DNA from: Candidatus Limnocylindrales bacterium
Lineage (GTDB): Bacteria; Moduliflexota; Moduliflexia; Moduliflexales; JAUQPW01
NCBI GenBank assembly: GCA_035559535.1
Contig: DATMBG010000027.1
Coordinates: forward strand, 1-46,188
Direction of reading: 5' to 3'
DNA: 46,188 bases
Made by a program: the position numbers and the translations under genes. A model generated the notes under the pieces. It had not been told where the DNA came from, ran no database searches, and was given only the letters and a program-made list of their open reading frames with translations. Positions 1 through 9,223 of the stretch are shown in pieces. Each line of letters opens with the position of its first letter. Position 1 is the stretch's first letter.

Positions 1-156
1 GGCCTCCCGCCCCTACACAGGAGAGGGGGAACTGGGGGTGAGGGGAGAGGGGAGTTGGGGAGTGAAAGCAGCCCTATAAGGCCAAAATTAAGTAAACAGC
101 GTACTACATAAGGGGCAAACGATTAGCTGGATTCAGCTAAAAAATCGAATTTAGAT

Positions 157-522
157 CTAAACATGCCACAAGATCTGTCTTATTTCAAAGGGATCTACAG
201 GCTTAAGAAAATAATAATCAAACCCTGCTTCTTTTAATTTACGTTGGTCGTCTGCACTTCCATAGGTTATCAGGGCTATCAACAGAATCCTTGATACTAA
301 AGATTCTTGTCGCAATCGACAGGCTACTTCATAGCCACTTATTTCTGGCAGGTTAACATCTATCAAAGCTATTTGGGGTCGGTAGGTAAATGCAGCTTCC
401 AGAGCTGAAGGTCCATCATGAACCACTATGACTTCGTATCTCCAGAATTCCAACAATTCACCCAATGTTGTTGCGGCATCTACATAACCATCGGCTATAA
501 GCACAAGCATAAATCGTCCCAT
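157..522 (-). CDS. Stand-alone response regulator receiver (CheY-like) protein
   Basis: 121 aa; phosphoacceptor-type LIDVNLPEISGYE, ALIT and FLKP motifs; paralog of 810-1163. Confidence 0.85.
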   Translation of the reverse strand: MGRFMLVLIADGYVDAATTLGELLEFWRYEVIVVHDGPSALEAAFTYRPQIALIDVNLPEISGYEVACRLRQESLVSRILLIALITYGSADDQRKLKEAGFDYYFLKPVDPFEIRQILWHV

Positions 523-809
523 TAATGGGATGCTATCCAGAACACGTTTGTATTCCTTTACACGAGTTGTATTTTTTTACATTCCAGGGAATTATTCAAC
601 AGGATAGTCATGCCATTCCGTTGTAAGGATACGGTCTCGGTATAACGGTACAAAAATTTTCTTTAAGGTAGAAGCGAATATCTGTTCATCTTTCTAACTA
701 AATCGAGACTTCTCCACGATTATTATTATCAAGTAGCCGGTTATCTTATATAAGGACGGGATGGGGAAGGAAAAGTTTAAATATAACCGTATAATTGAAA
801 AGAACGATT

Positions 810-1163
810 TCAAATCCCTGGTAAGAGTTGCTGGATCACAGATAAATTTAAAGGCTTGGTAAAGTGATAATTAAATCCGGCTTCTTTAGATTTACGTCTG
901 TCTTCCTCTTCTCCATACCCCGTGGCCGCTATCAACAACATTCCTTGCAGTGCGGGTTCTTGTCGAAGCCTTCGAGCCAGTTCATAGCCGTCTATGCCTG
1001 GCAAGCCGATATCAATAAAGGCCACCTTCGGTTGATGAATTAAAGCAGCTTCCAGGGCTGCATACCCGTCATAAACGACTATTACCTCATATCCCCAGAA
1101 CTCTAATAATTCACCCAATGTTACAGCCGAGTCGACATTATCATCTACAACAAGCACACGCAT
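810..1163 (-). CDS. Stand-alone response regulator receiver (CheY-like) protein
   Basis: 117 aa; VLVVDDN, FIDIGLPGIDGYE, ATGYG and FTKP receiver motifs. Confidence 0.9.
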   Translation of the reverse strand: MRVLVVDDNVDSAVTLGELLEFWGYEVIVVYDGYAALEAALIHQPKVAFIDIGLPGIDGYELARRLRQEPALQGMLLIAATGYGEEEDRRKSKEAGFNYHFTKPLNLSVIQQLLPGI

Positions 1164-1334
1164 GGGATATTTCTTAAAAAAGAAACTGAATAAACTTATT
1201 TGAGCAGAATCCTGTCGATTAAAACGATCTTGCTACCATTCTTCTCTATAATATATATTTATCAAATTAAAGTGAAACAAAAAACTGCTCATATTGGTTA
1301 ATCGTGCGGAGGAAATAATTAAGGAGTGTTTATT

Positions 1335-2552
1335 ATGAAAATAACCGATCTTAAGACCTATGTGGTGGCGAATCCACCCCCCTATCATGGAGGGCCTTAT
1401 TTTATTTTCTTGAAACTGACTACGAACGACCAGATCGAAGGTTTCGGGGAAGTTTATGGGGTACCGTTTCGTCCTGACAAGGTCACTCAGCTTATTGAAG
1501 ATGTAGTCGAGCGGTATGTGATAGGTTGGGATCCGTTCAAGATAGAACGGCTATGGCGGATTATTTACTCCAGTGGGTACGCCCAACATCCGGATTTGAC
1601 CCTGGTAGGGATACTGAGTGGTATTGAGATTGCCTGCTGGGATATTATCGGTAAGGCGCTGAATCAGCCTATTTATAATCTCCTGGGCGGCCGGGTCCAT
1701 GAAAAGCTTCGTTCTTACACCTATCTTTATCCAGCTCCGGATGATACGGCCTCGAAGAGTGAAACCTCAGATGCTCTGGCGATAGCCGATATTTTCGGTG
1801 ACCCTGAGCTTGCTCCAAAGAGGGCGGCTCAATATGTTAAGCAAGGCTTTACGGCTTTGAAATTCGATCCGGTTATGCCCATGTCTGCCTTTGATCCCAG
1901 ACAGCTTTCCTTAGAAGCCCTGGATAATGCCGAACTGGTTACTAAGAACATACGGGAGGCGGTGGGCAGCAAGTGTGATTTACTGATCGGGACCCATGGT
2001 CAGATGACCACATCAAGTGCCATCCGTCTGGCCAGGCGGTTGGAACCCTATGACCCCCTATGGTTTGAGGAGCCAGTACCACCGGAGAATAAGAAGGAGA
2101 TGGGCCGTGTTGCTCAATTTACCCGTATTCCGGTTGCTTGCGGTGAACGTCTGGTCACTAAGTATGAATTTGCCGAACTGCTTGAGAAGCAGGCAGCAGC
2201 CATCCTTCAGCCCGCCCTTGCACGGGTTGGAGGGATCTTAGAAGCCAAGAAGATTGCCGGTATGGCCGAGGCTCACTATGCTCAGATAGCCCCGCATCTT
2301 TACTGTGGGCCCATAGAAGCAGCCGCCAATATCCAACTGGCTACCTGCAGTCCCAATTTCTTAATCCAGGAAAGTATCGAGACCTTTGGCGGTTTCTATG
2401 CCGAGCTCCTCAAGGAACCCATTAAATGGGAGGATGGTTATATTATCCCCCCCGACAAACCGGGTCTGGGAGTTGAATTGAATGAGGCTGTAGTGGCCAG
2501 TCACCCCTATACCGGAACCCTCTTCCCGGAAATGGTGGACAGACCTGTCTAG
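1335..2552 (+). CDS. Mandelate racemase/muconate lactonizing enzyme family (enolase superfamily) protein
   Basis: SGIEIACWDIIGK, LLGG, KFDP, WFEEP, GER and APH motifs; start moved to ATG 1335 because AAGGAG (1321-1326) lies 8 nt upstream. Confidence 0.88.
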   Translation: MKITDLKTYVVANPPPYHGGPYFIFLKLTTNDQIEGFGEVYGVPFRPDKVTQLIEDVVERYVIGWDPFKIERLWRIIYSSGYAQHPDLTLVGILSGIEIACWDIIGKALNQPIYNLLGGRVHEKLRSYTYLYPAPDDTASKSETSDALAIADIFGDPELAPKRAAQYVKQGFTALKFDPVMPMSAFDPRQLSLEALDNAELVTKNIREAVGSKCDLLIGTHGQMTTSSAIRLARRLEPYDPLWFEEPVPPENKKEMGRVAQFTRIPVACGERLVTKYEFAELLEKQAAAILQPALARVGGILEAKKIAGMAEAHYAQIAPHLYCGPIEAAANIQLATCSPNFLIQESIETFGGFYAELLKEPIKWEDGYIIPPDKPGLGVELNEAVVASHPYTGTLFPEMVDRPV

Positions 2553-2576
2553 TCTTTCTCAACGACTCCTCCTTTT

Positions 2577-2731
2577 AAGCTTTCAAGAGTAGACTTTTTA
2601 ACCTGACCCTTTAACCTCCTTCCAGATACGGGAAGGGGAAACTCAGGGATAGCCTGAGTCCCTACTCTCCCCTTCCCTTCTGGAGAAGGGAATCGGAAGG
2701 GTCAGGTCCAAAAAACCCACCCTTAGAAGCT
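2577..2731. repeat. MITE-like nested inverted repeat between convergent genes; probably also a bidirectional terminator
   Basis: ACCTGACCCTT (2601-2611) / AAGGGTCAGGT (2697-2707) with internal hairpins; left end AAGCTTTCAAGAGTA recurs exactly at 4996-5010. Confidence 0.6.
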
Positions 2732-2754
2732 CCTTTTAAGGAGAAGTAAGAAAT

Positions 2755-4596
2755 TCATAGAATCTTCTGAACCTCCAGAGCCTGGAAAGAAGTCTCTGGA
2801 TCAAATCGGTTTAATAACCCCTGCGTCATCTCACTTAACTCTGCCCGTTTAAAGATCATAATCTTAGGATGATCAAATAAGCGAAAGGTTAATTCGGCTC
2901 GATCATCCTTTAAGGTATAACCGAACAGGGAAGGATAGGTTTTAAAGGTTTTAAGGAGTCGATATCCCAGTCGACCTGAAAAGAGGTCTTGATAAAACTG
3001 ATTGAGCGTAGGGTAAGAGCTCTGCCGATGGGAATATTGCTCATAACACTCATCACTGAAGATGATAAAATCAACCTTCTCCAGACGCTCCTGTAAGTAA
3101 TGTTGCCACCAGCCGGGAGAATGTAGAGCCTGTCGTGAGTCCGTAATGAGATTGATAACCTTAATGGTAAAGTAGTCCTTTTTCACAAAGTGAAGGTGGG
3201 CTTCATCCACGATATAGGAAGTATAGAATTCCGGGTAAAAGAACATTGAACCTAGCAGGGGGGTGGAGGAAGATGTGTCAATGAGCACCGTAGACCCAGG
3301 AGGAATATGCTGATGAATCCAGCGAGAGGCCTGAATTCTGACATCTTCCTGGCGGTAAATATTCAGATAAGCCAGGGAATACAGCAAAGAAGTAATAATG
3401 ACCAAGGTTATAACAACCTTTACGGCCACACGCTCAATGTGGTGTCTGGTTATTTTGAGGAGGTCAAGCAGGAAGCGTGCACCGAGCAGACACAAGAAGG
3501 GAAGTAAAGGAATGGCATATCGGATAAATTTCATGTAACCACCGCCGATGAAATAAAAGTAAGGAAGGAGAAAAGACAAGAGCAACAGGTCTGGGATTTT
3601 TCGCTTCACAAAGGCCCAGATCATTCCAGCCATGCAAACAGCTTCTAATAAAGGGCCCATACCAAAATAAAGGAGGTTGGTGAACCAATACAGAAAGGTC
3701 GTGTCGGTAAACTGAAAAGTCCACTGAGGTTGATTGGTCCCCTTAACAAACTGGGCTGTTTTATGGGACATTTCCTGAAATTTCTCAAAATTAATAAGCA
3801 CAAAGGGATTTAGTAAGAGAAAGGTAATCCCCGCCAGGAAAATGGGGAATAACACGAACCCCCAAAATGAAATAGAGAAAAGGACTTTTTTATAAGCGGC
3901 CCACGAGCGTAGATGTTGGAATCTCTCGATGAGATAAGCTGTCAGGATCACTGGAAGTACCATAAGGGCCGTCTGCTTGGTAGCCATCCCCACTCCGGTA
4001 AAGATTCCAGCCAATACATAATATTTAAGCCTATGCTTTTCAATAAACCGGGCTGCAAAGAAAACGGTTAAGACTAAGAAGAAGGTGAAAGGTACATCGG
4101 GGAAGTAAAAATGAGAATCTCGGACGTGTAAGACGGAAAAAGCCAGAAACACGGCGGCTAATATTCCAACGGATTGGGTATATAACTGTTTTCCCAATAA
4201 ATAAACTGCAATCAAAGTGATCGAACCAAAACTGGCTGCTATACCTCGTCCCAGGAGATAATAGAGGGTTAAACTACGAGGATCTGTAAGGGAAAAAGAA
4301 TGAAAAAAAGAGGCCAACGTGATCAGGCTGATGAGCAGGTACATAAGAAAAGGAGGATAAAGAAAAAACCGAATCTCTTGATGGGTGAGTTGTTGGATAG
4401 ATTCGGCAGTTCTGAGTTTTTCTGTGAAGTAGGCTAAGATATGTTCATCACTATGAAAATGATAAGGTAATCCCCAGCTTAATCCGTAAAATCGCATCCC
4501 TATCCCGGTTAGAATAGCCAGGAGGAAAAGTAGAAACGTACTATTCCGGTTCTTCAGATTATAATAAATTGTCCGGATAGCCACAGGCTTTCTCAT
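2755..4596 (-). CDS. GT-C membrane glycosyltransferase (ArnT/PMT-like, family 39-type)
   Basis: Multi-pass membrane protein with WGLPYHFHSDE loop, RDSHFYFPD, GMATKQ and RYAIPLLP; start ATG 4596 has GGAGG upstream, and the longer start at 4617 lies inside a REP palindrome. Confidence 0.8.
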   Translation of the reverse strand: MRKPVAIRTIYYNLKNRNSTFLLFLLAILTGIGMRFYGLSWGLPYHFHSDEHILAYFTEKLRTAESIQQLTHQEIRFFLYPPFLMYLLISLITLASFFHSFSLTDPRSLTLYYLLGRGIAASFGSITLIAVYLLGKQLYTQSVGILAAVFLAFSVLHVRDSHFYFPDVPFTFFLVLTVFFAARFIEKHRLKYYVLAGIFTGVGMATKQTALMVLPVILTAYLIERFQHLRSWAAYKKVLFSISFWGFVLFPIFLAGITFLLLNPFVLINFEKFQEMSHKTAQFVKGTNQPQWTFQFTDTTFLYWFTNLLYFGMGPLLEAVCMAGMIWAFVKRKIPDLLLLSFLLPYFYFIGGGYMKFIRYAIPLLPFLCLLGARFLLDLLKITRHHIERVAVKVVITLVIITSLLYSLAYLNIYRQEDVRIQASRWIHQHIPPGSTVLIDTSSSTPLLGSMFFYPEFYTSYIVDEAHLHFVKKDYFTIKVINLITDSRQALHSPGWWQHYLQERLEKVDFIIFSDECYEQYSHRQSSYPTLNQFYQDLFSGRLGYRLLKTFKTYPSLFGYTLKDDRAELTFRLFDHPKIMIFKRAELSEMTQGLLNRFDPETSFQALEVQKIL

Positions 4597-5107
4597 AGGC
4601 CCTCCCTGTAGGGGCATAGCAAGCTACGTCCCTTACTAAAGTGCAAGAACGATAGCCGGCAGCTCAAGCCCTGATCATCTCCTAGCTTCTGGTTCCCCGT
4701 AGGCCTTGAAACCAGGGTATGGAATGGACTCTTAAATGTTGGGCTGGGAACTAAATTTCCACACTCTCTTAGACGTTTTATTTTAAATTTTGTTCCTTTT
4801 TATCCTGAATGCTATAAAAACATAAGTAATAGCTTAATTATCAGCTTTATAACACTTTCAGTGTTGACGAATGATGAGCAGTACATAGTGAATAGTTATT
4901 CATTGGCTACTCTCCCTTTGTCGTTCACTTACCGTTAAAAATAGGTGAGGGGCCCTACATGGCCCTTGTGTAGGCAGCCCTACCCATCCTCCCTCAAGCT
5001 TTCAAGAGTATCTTTTTTGTACCTAACGCTTCTGACTCCCCTTCCCTCACAGGAAAGGAGAGAGTGGAAACCTAAGCCATTCCAGAGTACCCTCCTCCCC
5101 ATGAGGG

Positions 5108-5387
5108 CTATACATTATCTACATCTAAAAGCCTTCTTACCCTTGGTCTTAAAACAGAAGCCTTCTTGTCCTCATAACGATGGGAATTCCTGCCTGGCTT
5201 TGGATCTGCAAGTTTTTCTGCCTCACATTCAATTTCCATAAGGATGAGGGTAAATCCCATTGCCTCTGAAAAGCCTTTCAACTTCATACTTTGAACCTGC
5301 AATTACCTCTGCTACCGGCATGGGGATTTTCCTTACCATACTCTCCCCATTGATCTGTCTTACTTTACCATGGGTTTTCCTTGTCAT
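5108..5387 (-). pseudogene. Possible frameshifted N-terminal remnant of an IS256-like transposase
   Basis: MTRKTHGKVRQ...IPMPVAEVIAGSKYEVERLF, then after a frameshift MGFTLILMEIECEAEKLADPKPGRNSHRY; resembles IS256 N-termini from memory only. Confidence 0.3.
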
Positions 5388-5502
5388 CGAGCGGTATCCG
5401 TTGCTTGTAGCGCCTCCTCTTTTAACGGCTAGTTATGGGAATTTGAAATGCTCTTTGGTTCAAAGTATGAACTCATTACTTCATACCCCTTCAAGTTTTT
5501 AA

Positions 5503-5530
5503 TTGACGAGTTCATCGGTTAAAGTATAAT
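5503..5530 (+). promoter_or_regulatory. Sigma70-type promoter of the WYL gene, probably leaderless
   Basis: TTGACG (5503-5508), 16 nt, TATAAT (5525-5530); ATG follows after 7 nt with no SD sequence. Confidence 0.7.
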
Positions 5531-5537
5531 AATTATT

Positions 5538-6497
5538 ATGTCCCATGAAAAACTTAAAAGCCGGATCCAGCGGTGTGTAGGTATTCTCACCACGATCTGG
5601 TCAAGAAAAGCCGTAAACCGGAACGTTCTGGCAAAGAGATATCACTGTTCAACCCGCATGATTTCTGAAGATCTGGCCTTACTTCGGGAAGTGGGATTTC
5701 CGATCAAGTATGAAAAAGGGGGCTATACGCTGTCCCTTGCAGAGCTTCAGATTCCACCCCTTCCACTTAGTGAAGAACAAATACTGGCCCTGTTCATAGG
5801 TTCCCAACTGATGGTCCTGTCTCCCCTGGAAGGTCACGCCGGCGAAGCGGTCAATACGCTGTTATCGGTATTTCCAGAGGAAACGCGCACCTACCTGCGC
5901 AACCTGACCGATCGCATCTGTATAGCTCCCGGAGCCGGGGTTGGGGATGCGGAGATTATTTTCAACTTATACCGGGCGGTATCTGAATGCCGTTCTATTC
6001 GAATAAAGTACCAGGCTTTGTCCACGCGTCAGGAGGAGATCCACGACGTGGATCCCTACGGGATTTATATCAAAGACAGGGCCAGTTCTTACATGGTAGG
6101 GTATTCGTACGGAGCCTATCAAACCCTTCGTCGGTTTAAGATTTGTCGGATTCAGGAGTTGGAGTTTCGAGGCCTTCGCTTTACCTATCCCAAAGACTTT
6201 TCCATCCGCAGAGAGATGGCCCATGGGTTTTGGAGCGGTGACCGGGAGTATCAGGTATTAATCCGATTTGCTCCCTCTATTGTCCAATTAGTCAAAGAAC
6301 GTGAACCGGCTGAGCGGATCGAAATGCAACCCGACGGGTCGGCGTATGTCCGTAAAACGGTCAAGAATCTGAAGGAGGTTTTATGGGATATTTTGAGGTA
6401 CGAAGCCGATGCGGAAGTGCTGGAACCGGAGGAATTACGGGAGATGGTCAAGGCGAGCATTGAAAGGATGAGAAGGGTGTATGCGAACGATGGGTAA
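5538..6497 (+). CDS. WYL-domain transcriptional regulator (HTH-WYL-WCX)
   Basis: N-terminal HTH (LAKRYHCSTRMISEDLALL), WYL core (IRIKY...VDPYG...RRFKICRI) and C-terminal AEVLEPEELR. Confidence 0.92.
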   Translation: MSHEKLKSRIQRCVGILTTIWSRKAVNRNVLAKRYHCSTRMISEDLALLREVGFPIKYEKGGYTLSLAELQIPPLPLSEEQILALFIGSQLMVLSPLEGHAGEAVNTLLSVFPEETRTYLRNLTDRICIAPGAGVGDAEIIFNLYRAVSECRSIRIKYQALSTRQEEIHDVDPYGIYIKDRASSYMVGYSYGAYQTLRRFKICRIQELEFRGLRFTYPKDFSIRREMAHGFWSGDREYQVLIRFAPSIVQLVKEREPAERIEMQPDGSAYVRKTVKNLKEVLWDILRYEADAEVLEPEELREMVKASIERMRRVYANDG

Positions 6498-6555
6498 TAG
6501 GCGATAGACGATGGACCCTGGACGATGAAAGATGAAATAAGAATTAGGGGTCAGA

Positions 6556-6777
6556 TAGGTTAACCGTCTCGGTTGATGGTAGGGGTGACCAGCCGGTCGC
6601 TCATACGTAGGTATTATTTCCTTAATTCCAAATTCCTAAGTAAGGGCATAGCGTCGCTGTGCCTCCCACTTTGTGGTCTACGGTCCATCGCCGCAAGCCC
6701 AACGAGCTATAAGCCATGACCTTAGGTTAGCCGTCCCGGTTGAATTAAAGTAAGGGCGCACCGCCGTGCGCCCCTAC
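6556..6777. repeat. Cluster of three REP-like palindromes with shared TAGGTTA-CCGTC-CGGTTGA flanks
   Basis: Copies at 6579-6606, 6640-6669 and 6750-6777 (GTA(A/G)GGG...TAC/CAC ends). Confidence 0.75.
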
Positions 6778-6799
6778 CACGGCTAAAGGCTCTACTTAA

Positions 6800-9211
6800 A
6801 TGATCTCAGGAAAACAGGAAACGAAAATCATTCGATTAGCTTCGTATGTGGCCCAGCAAATCCAAATGGGCCAGGAACCCGCCAAAACCCATGTAGATGA
6901 TCTCTGCCGAATTTACCAAAGTGGTAACGTGGAATCCGATTTACTCAAGGCCTCGCTCAAAAGTTTAGACGTCCCTCAACTGGAACGGCTTTTACGGAGA
7001 AGACAACCAGGTTCCCTTTCCTCCCCTATCCAGACTGATAAAGGAGAAGATGAAGTTCCTTCTGTTCCAGGCAGAGAGGTTACCCGGTATAAAACCACAT
7101 TACCCCGTGAAGCTCAGGCACGTGTGGCTGTGGATAGTTTAATCGCCCGTTACCTGAGCTGGCTGGCTCGCCATCCATCCCGCCGGGCTGTGGTCCTGGC
7201 GGAAAGCGATCGGCATGTGATTTTTTTTATCCCTGAAGGGAGTAAGTTTGATCCTGAAGAAGCCTGGAACGAATTCGTCCAGTTTGCCTTCTCTATCGAG
7301 GAATTAATACGCACGTTTGTGGCCATGCTGAACACAATTCACTTATCAGAGAGAGAAACCGGGGGATTCCAGGTTCCGAATTTTCCAGTGGTTAGCCCTG
7401 GTAGCCGATTGGTCATTCTGGCCTGGCTTTTGCGTGGATTAGAACAAAAACACGATGAACTTCAAAAGAGCCCAGAAAAGTTAAAGGAGTGGAATGAAGA
7501 AATCAGAGGCAAGATAGAAGCCTATTTGGAAAACCAGACCAAAATTTACCACGAAATTTCTCAGTTGAGGGAACAGTTAAAACGTGAATCTAATCCGAAA
7601 CGCCGAAATGGTCTTGAAAATAAAATTCAAGGGAAGAGTTACGGGTTAGACCTATCCCTGGCCCAGGTGGAGCACTGCAAAACCCTATTCCAGGAGGCCG
7701 ATGGCCACCCGTTTAAATTTCTGAAGCGTTATCAAGATGCCCATCCGGCGTTATTCGAACGGGTAAAAAAACTCTCCGAACTCTTCACCAGGAAGGCTGC
7801 CCAGCAGATTGGCTGGCGTAAGAACCGAATGGCCGATGCAATCATTGAAATTATTCGCCTTGTAAGCTGGTCTGAACTCAATCAGCAAGACAGAGAGGAT
7901 GCCCTTATAGGGGCCGTAAGGGCCAGGCCTTTTCGAGTGAAACCGTTGCTGTTGGAAGCCCCGGAAACCCTGGACCCTCGCCCCCCAGGGGACAATACCG
8001 ATAGAAGCAGGTTTTGCTACGTATGCGGCCGCCTGTTAAGGGCTGAGGACGAAGCAGAGATAAACCGGCTTATTTTTGAGTCTCCATCCCAGAGGCTCCA
8101 ATCGAGTGGAGGCGAAAAACGTCCGGCGGTTTGTCATAACTGTGTGGCTATAGCCCTGGCCTCTCCCCTCAAACCGAGCAAGCAAAGTGTTATCATCCGG
8201 CTTGAGCCTGTAGCTCAAGATGGTTTAGTACAGGGACGTTCGGCGGCCGTACTTGGCAGGCTGGAATCGTTCCTGCGAGGGCTTACCCTCTCGCAACTGG
8301 ATCTGGCAGCCGGTAACTACCTGATGCTCACAAGTAGTGAACGGGTTAAAGTCGGTGGGAAGTGGCGATATTTTGCCGACGTGGTAGGTACCAAAATTTA
8401 CACCCATCTTAGGCTGGCCGAACTTTTCGATCATCAGGTTTTCATGGAGTATAAGGCCTCTATGGCCATGGGGCTATCAGACCTTCAACTGGAATCCCAT
8501 CGATTAGCTTTTTTGAGCGTCCTGATAAGGGCGCTTCAGCTTAACCTGACCGAGGGGAGTGAGGTCAATCGCTCACTGGCTTCCGCCACTCGTTACGTGC
8601 TGGCTGATGAACCCATCCTTGCTATTTACGAGCTGGTCAGTCAGCCGAACATCGATCAAAGGCGTCGCCAGGAAAAGGTGCGCATGGAGATTGAAAAATC
8701 GTTGGAGGTATGGATCCACATGATAGGAGAAAATCGAGCCAAAGTCATAACCGACGTCGTCGCTATGGCCGGATTGCTGTATCCGTTCGTGGATCAGACC
8801 AAGCGGGAAGTCTGTAGGAAGAAGGAAAGCGATCCCGGTCTTGATCCTGATCGAGAGGCCTCCAAGCTGATAGAGGAGGTTGAGGAGGTGTTTAACTTCC
8901 TTTATCGTTTCGCCGATCATACGACTTACAGCACGGCCCGGCTTTATCGCAACCCAACCAACTGGTTTACCTATGAACAAACCAGATCTTTGATGGAGAA
9001 GTTAGGCATTCCTGTGAACGAACGGGAGAAGAGCGAAAACGACTCTCGGTTCCTTGAAATAACCACCAATGACGTCGAGGCCGCGTATAAGAAGTTCGCC
9101 GAGGAAGATTACAAAGCCGATGCAGATTGGCGGGCTTTCACGTATAGGTTGAAGCTGGCTCTTTACAGCCGATTTCCCGGTCTTGGCGTGAAAAAGGAAG
9201 GAATCGCATAA
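6800..9211 (+). CDS. Divergent type I large subunit (Cas8/Cas10d-like, no HD domain)
   Basis: 803 aa, first gene before cas7/cas5/cas3; FCYVCGR...AVCHNC parallels the PCSLC...NICPIC Zn motif of Cas10d in this window; helical C-terminal domain. Confidence 0.7.
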   Translation: MISGKQETKIIRLASYVAQQIQMGQEPAKTHVDDLCRIYQSGNVESDLLKASLKSLDVPQLERLLRRRQPGSLSSPIQTDKGEDEVPSVPGREVTRYKTTLPREAQARVAVDSLIARYLSWLARHPSRRAVVLAESDRHVIFFIPEGSKFDPEEAWNEFVQFAFSIEELIRTFVAMLNTIHLSERETGGFQVPNFPVVSPGSRLVILAWLLRGLEQKHDELQKSPEKLKEWNEEIRGKIEAYLENQTKIYHEISQLREQLKRESNPKRRNGLENKIQGKSYGLDLSLAQVEHCKTLFQEADGHPFKFLKRYQDAHPALFERVKKLSELFTRKAAQQIGWRKNRMADAIIEIIRLVSWSELNQQDREDALIGAVRARPFRVKPLLLEAPETLDPRPPGDNTDRSRFCYVCGRLLRAEDEAEINRLIFESPSQRLQSSGGEKRPAVCHNCVAIALASPLKPSKQSVIIRLEPVAQDGLVQGRSAAVLGRLESFLRGLTLSQLDLAAGNYLMLTSSERVKVGGKWRYFADVVGTKIYTHLRLAELFDHQVFMEYKASMAMGLSDLQLESHRLAFLSVLIRALQLNLTEGSEVNRSLASATRYVLADEPILAIYELVSQPNIDQRRRQEKVRMEIEKSLEVWIHMIGENRAKVITDVVAMAGLLYPFVDQTKREVCRKKESDPGLDPDREASKLIEEVEEVFNFLYRFADHTTYSTARLYRNPTNWFTYEQTRSLMEKLGIPVNEREKSENDSRFLEITTNDVEAAYKKFAEEDYKADADWRAFTYRLKLALYSRFPGLGVKKEGIA
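8720..9211 (+). CDS. cas11: Putative internally translated small subunit (Cas11-like), 163 aa
   Basis: In-frame ATG 8720 (Met641) with GGAGGT at 8704-8709; same length as the internal Cas11d at 39536. Confidence 0.55.
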   Translation: MIGENRAKVITDVVAMAGLLYPFVDQTKREVCRKKESDPGLDPDREASKLIEEVEEVFNFLYRFADHTTYSTARLYRNPTNWFTYEQTRSLMEKLGIPVNEREKSENDSRFLEITTNDVEAAYKKFAEEDYKADADWRAFTYRLKLALYSRFPGLGVKKEGIA

Positions 9212-9223
9212 AAGGAGGCAAAA

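Noticed and set aside
5419-5490. CTTTTAACGGCTAGTTATGGGAATTTGAAAT as a degenerate CRISPR repeat with a self-targeting mini-spacer
   Set aside because: Single copy; the 15-nt match to 5283-5297 starts about 7 nt into the would-be spacer, so there is no seed pairing; no reference repeat is available
6499-6692. Heptamer-like runs (ATAGACG ATGGAC.../GTCTACGGTCCATCG) as a structured RNA gene
   Set aside because: Degenerate short tandem repeats typical of intergenic filler; no further support
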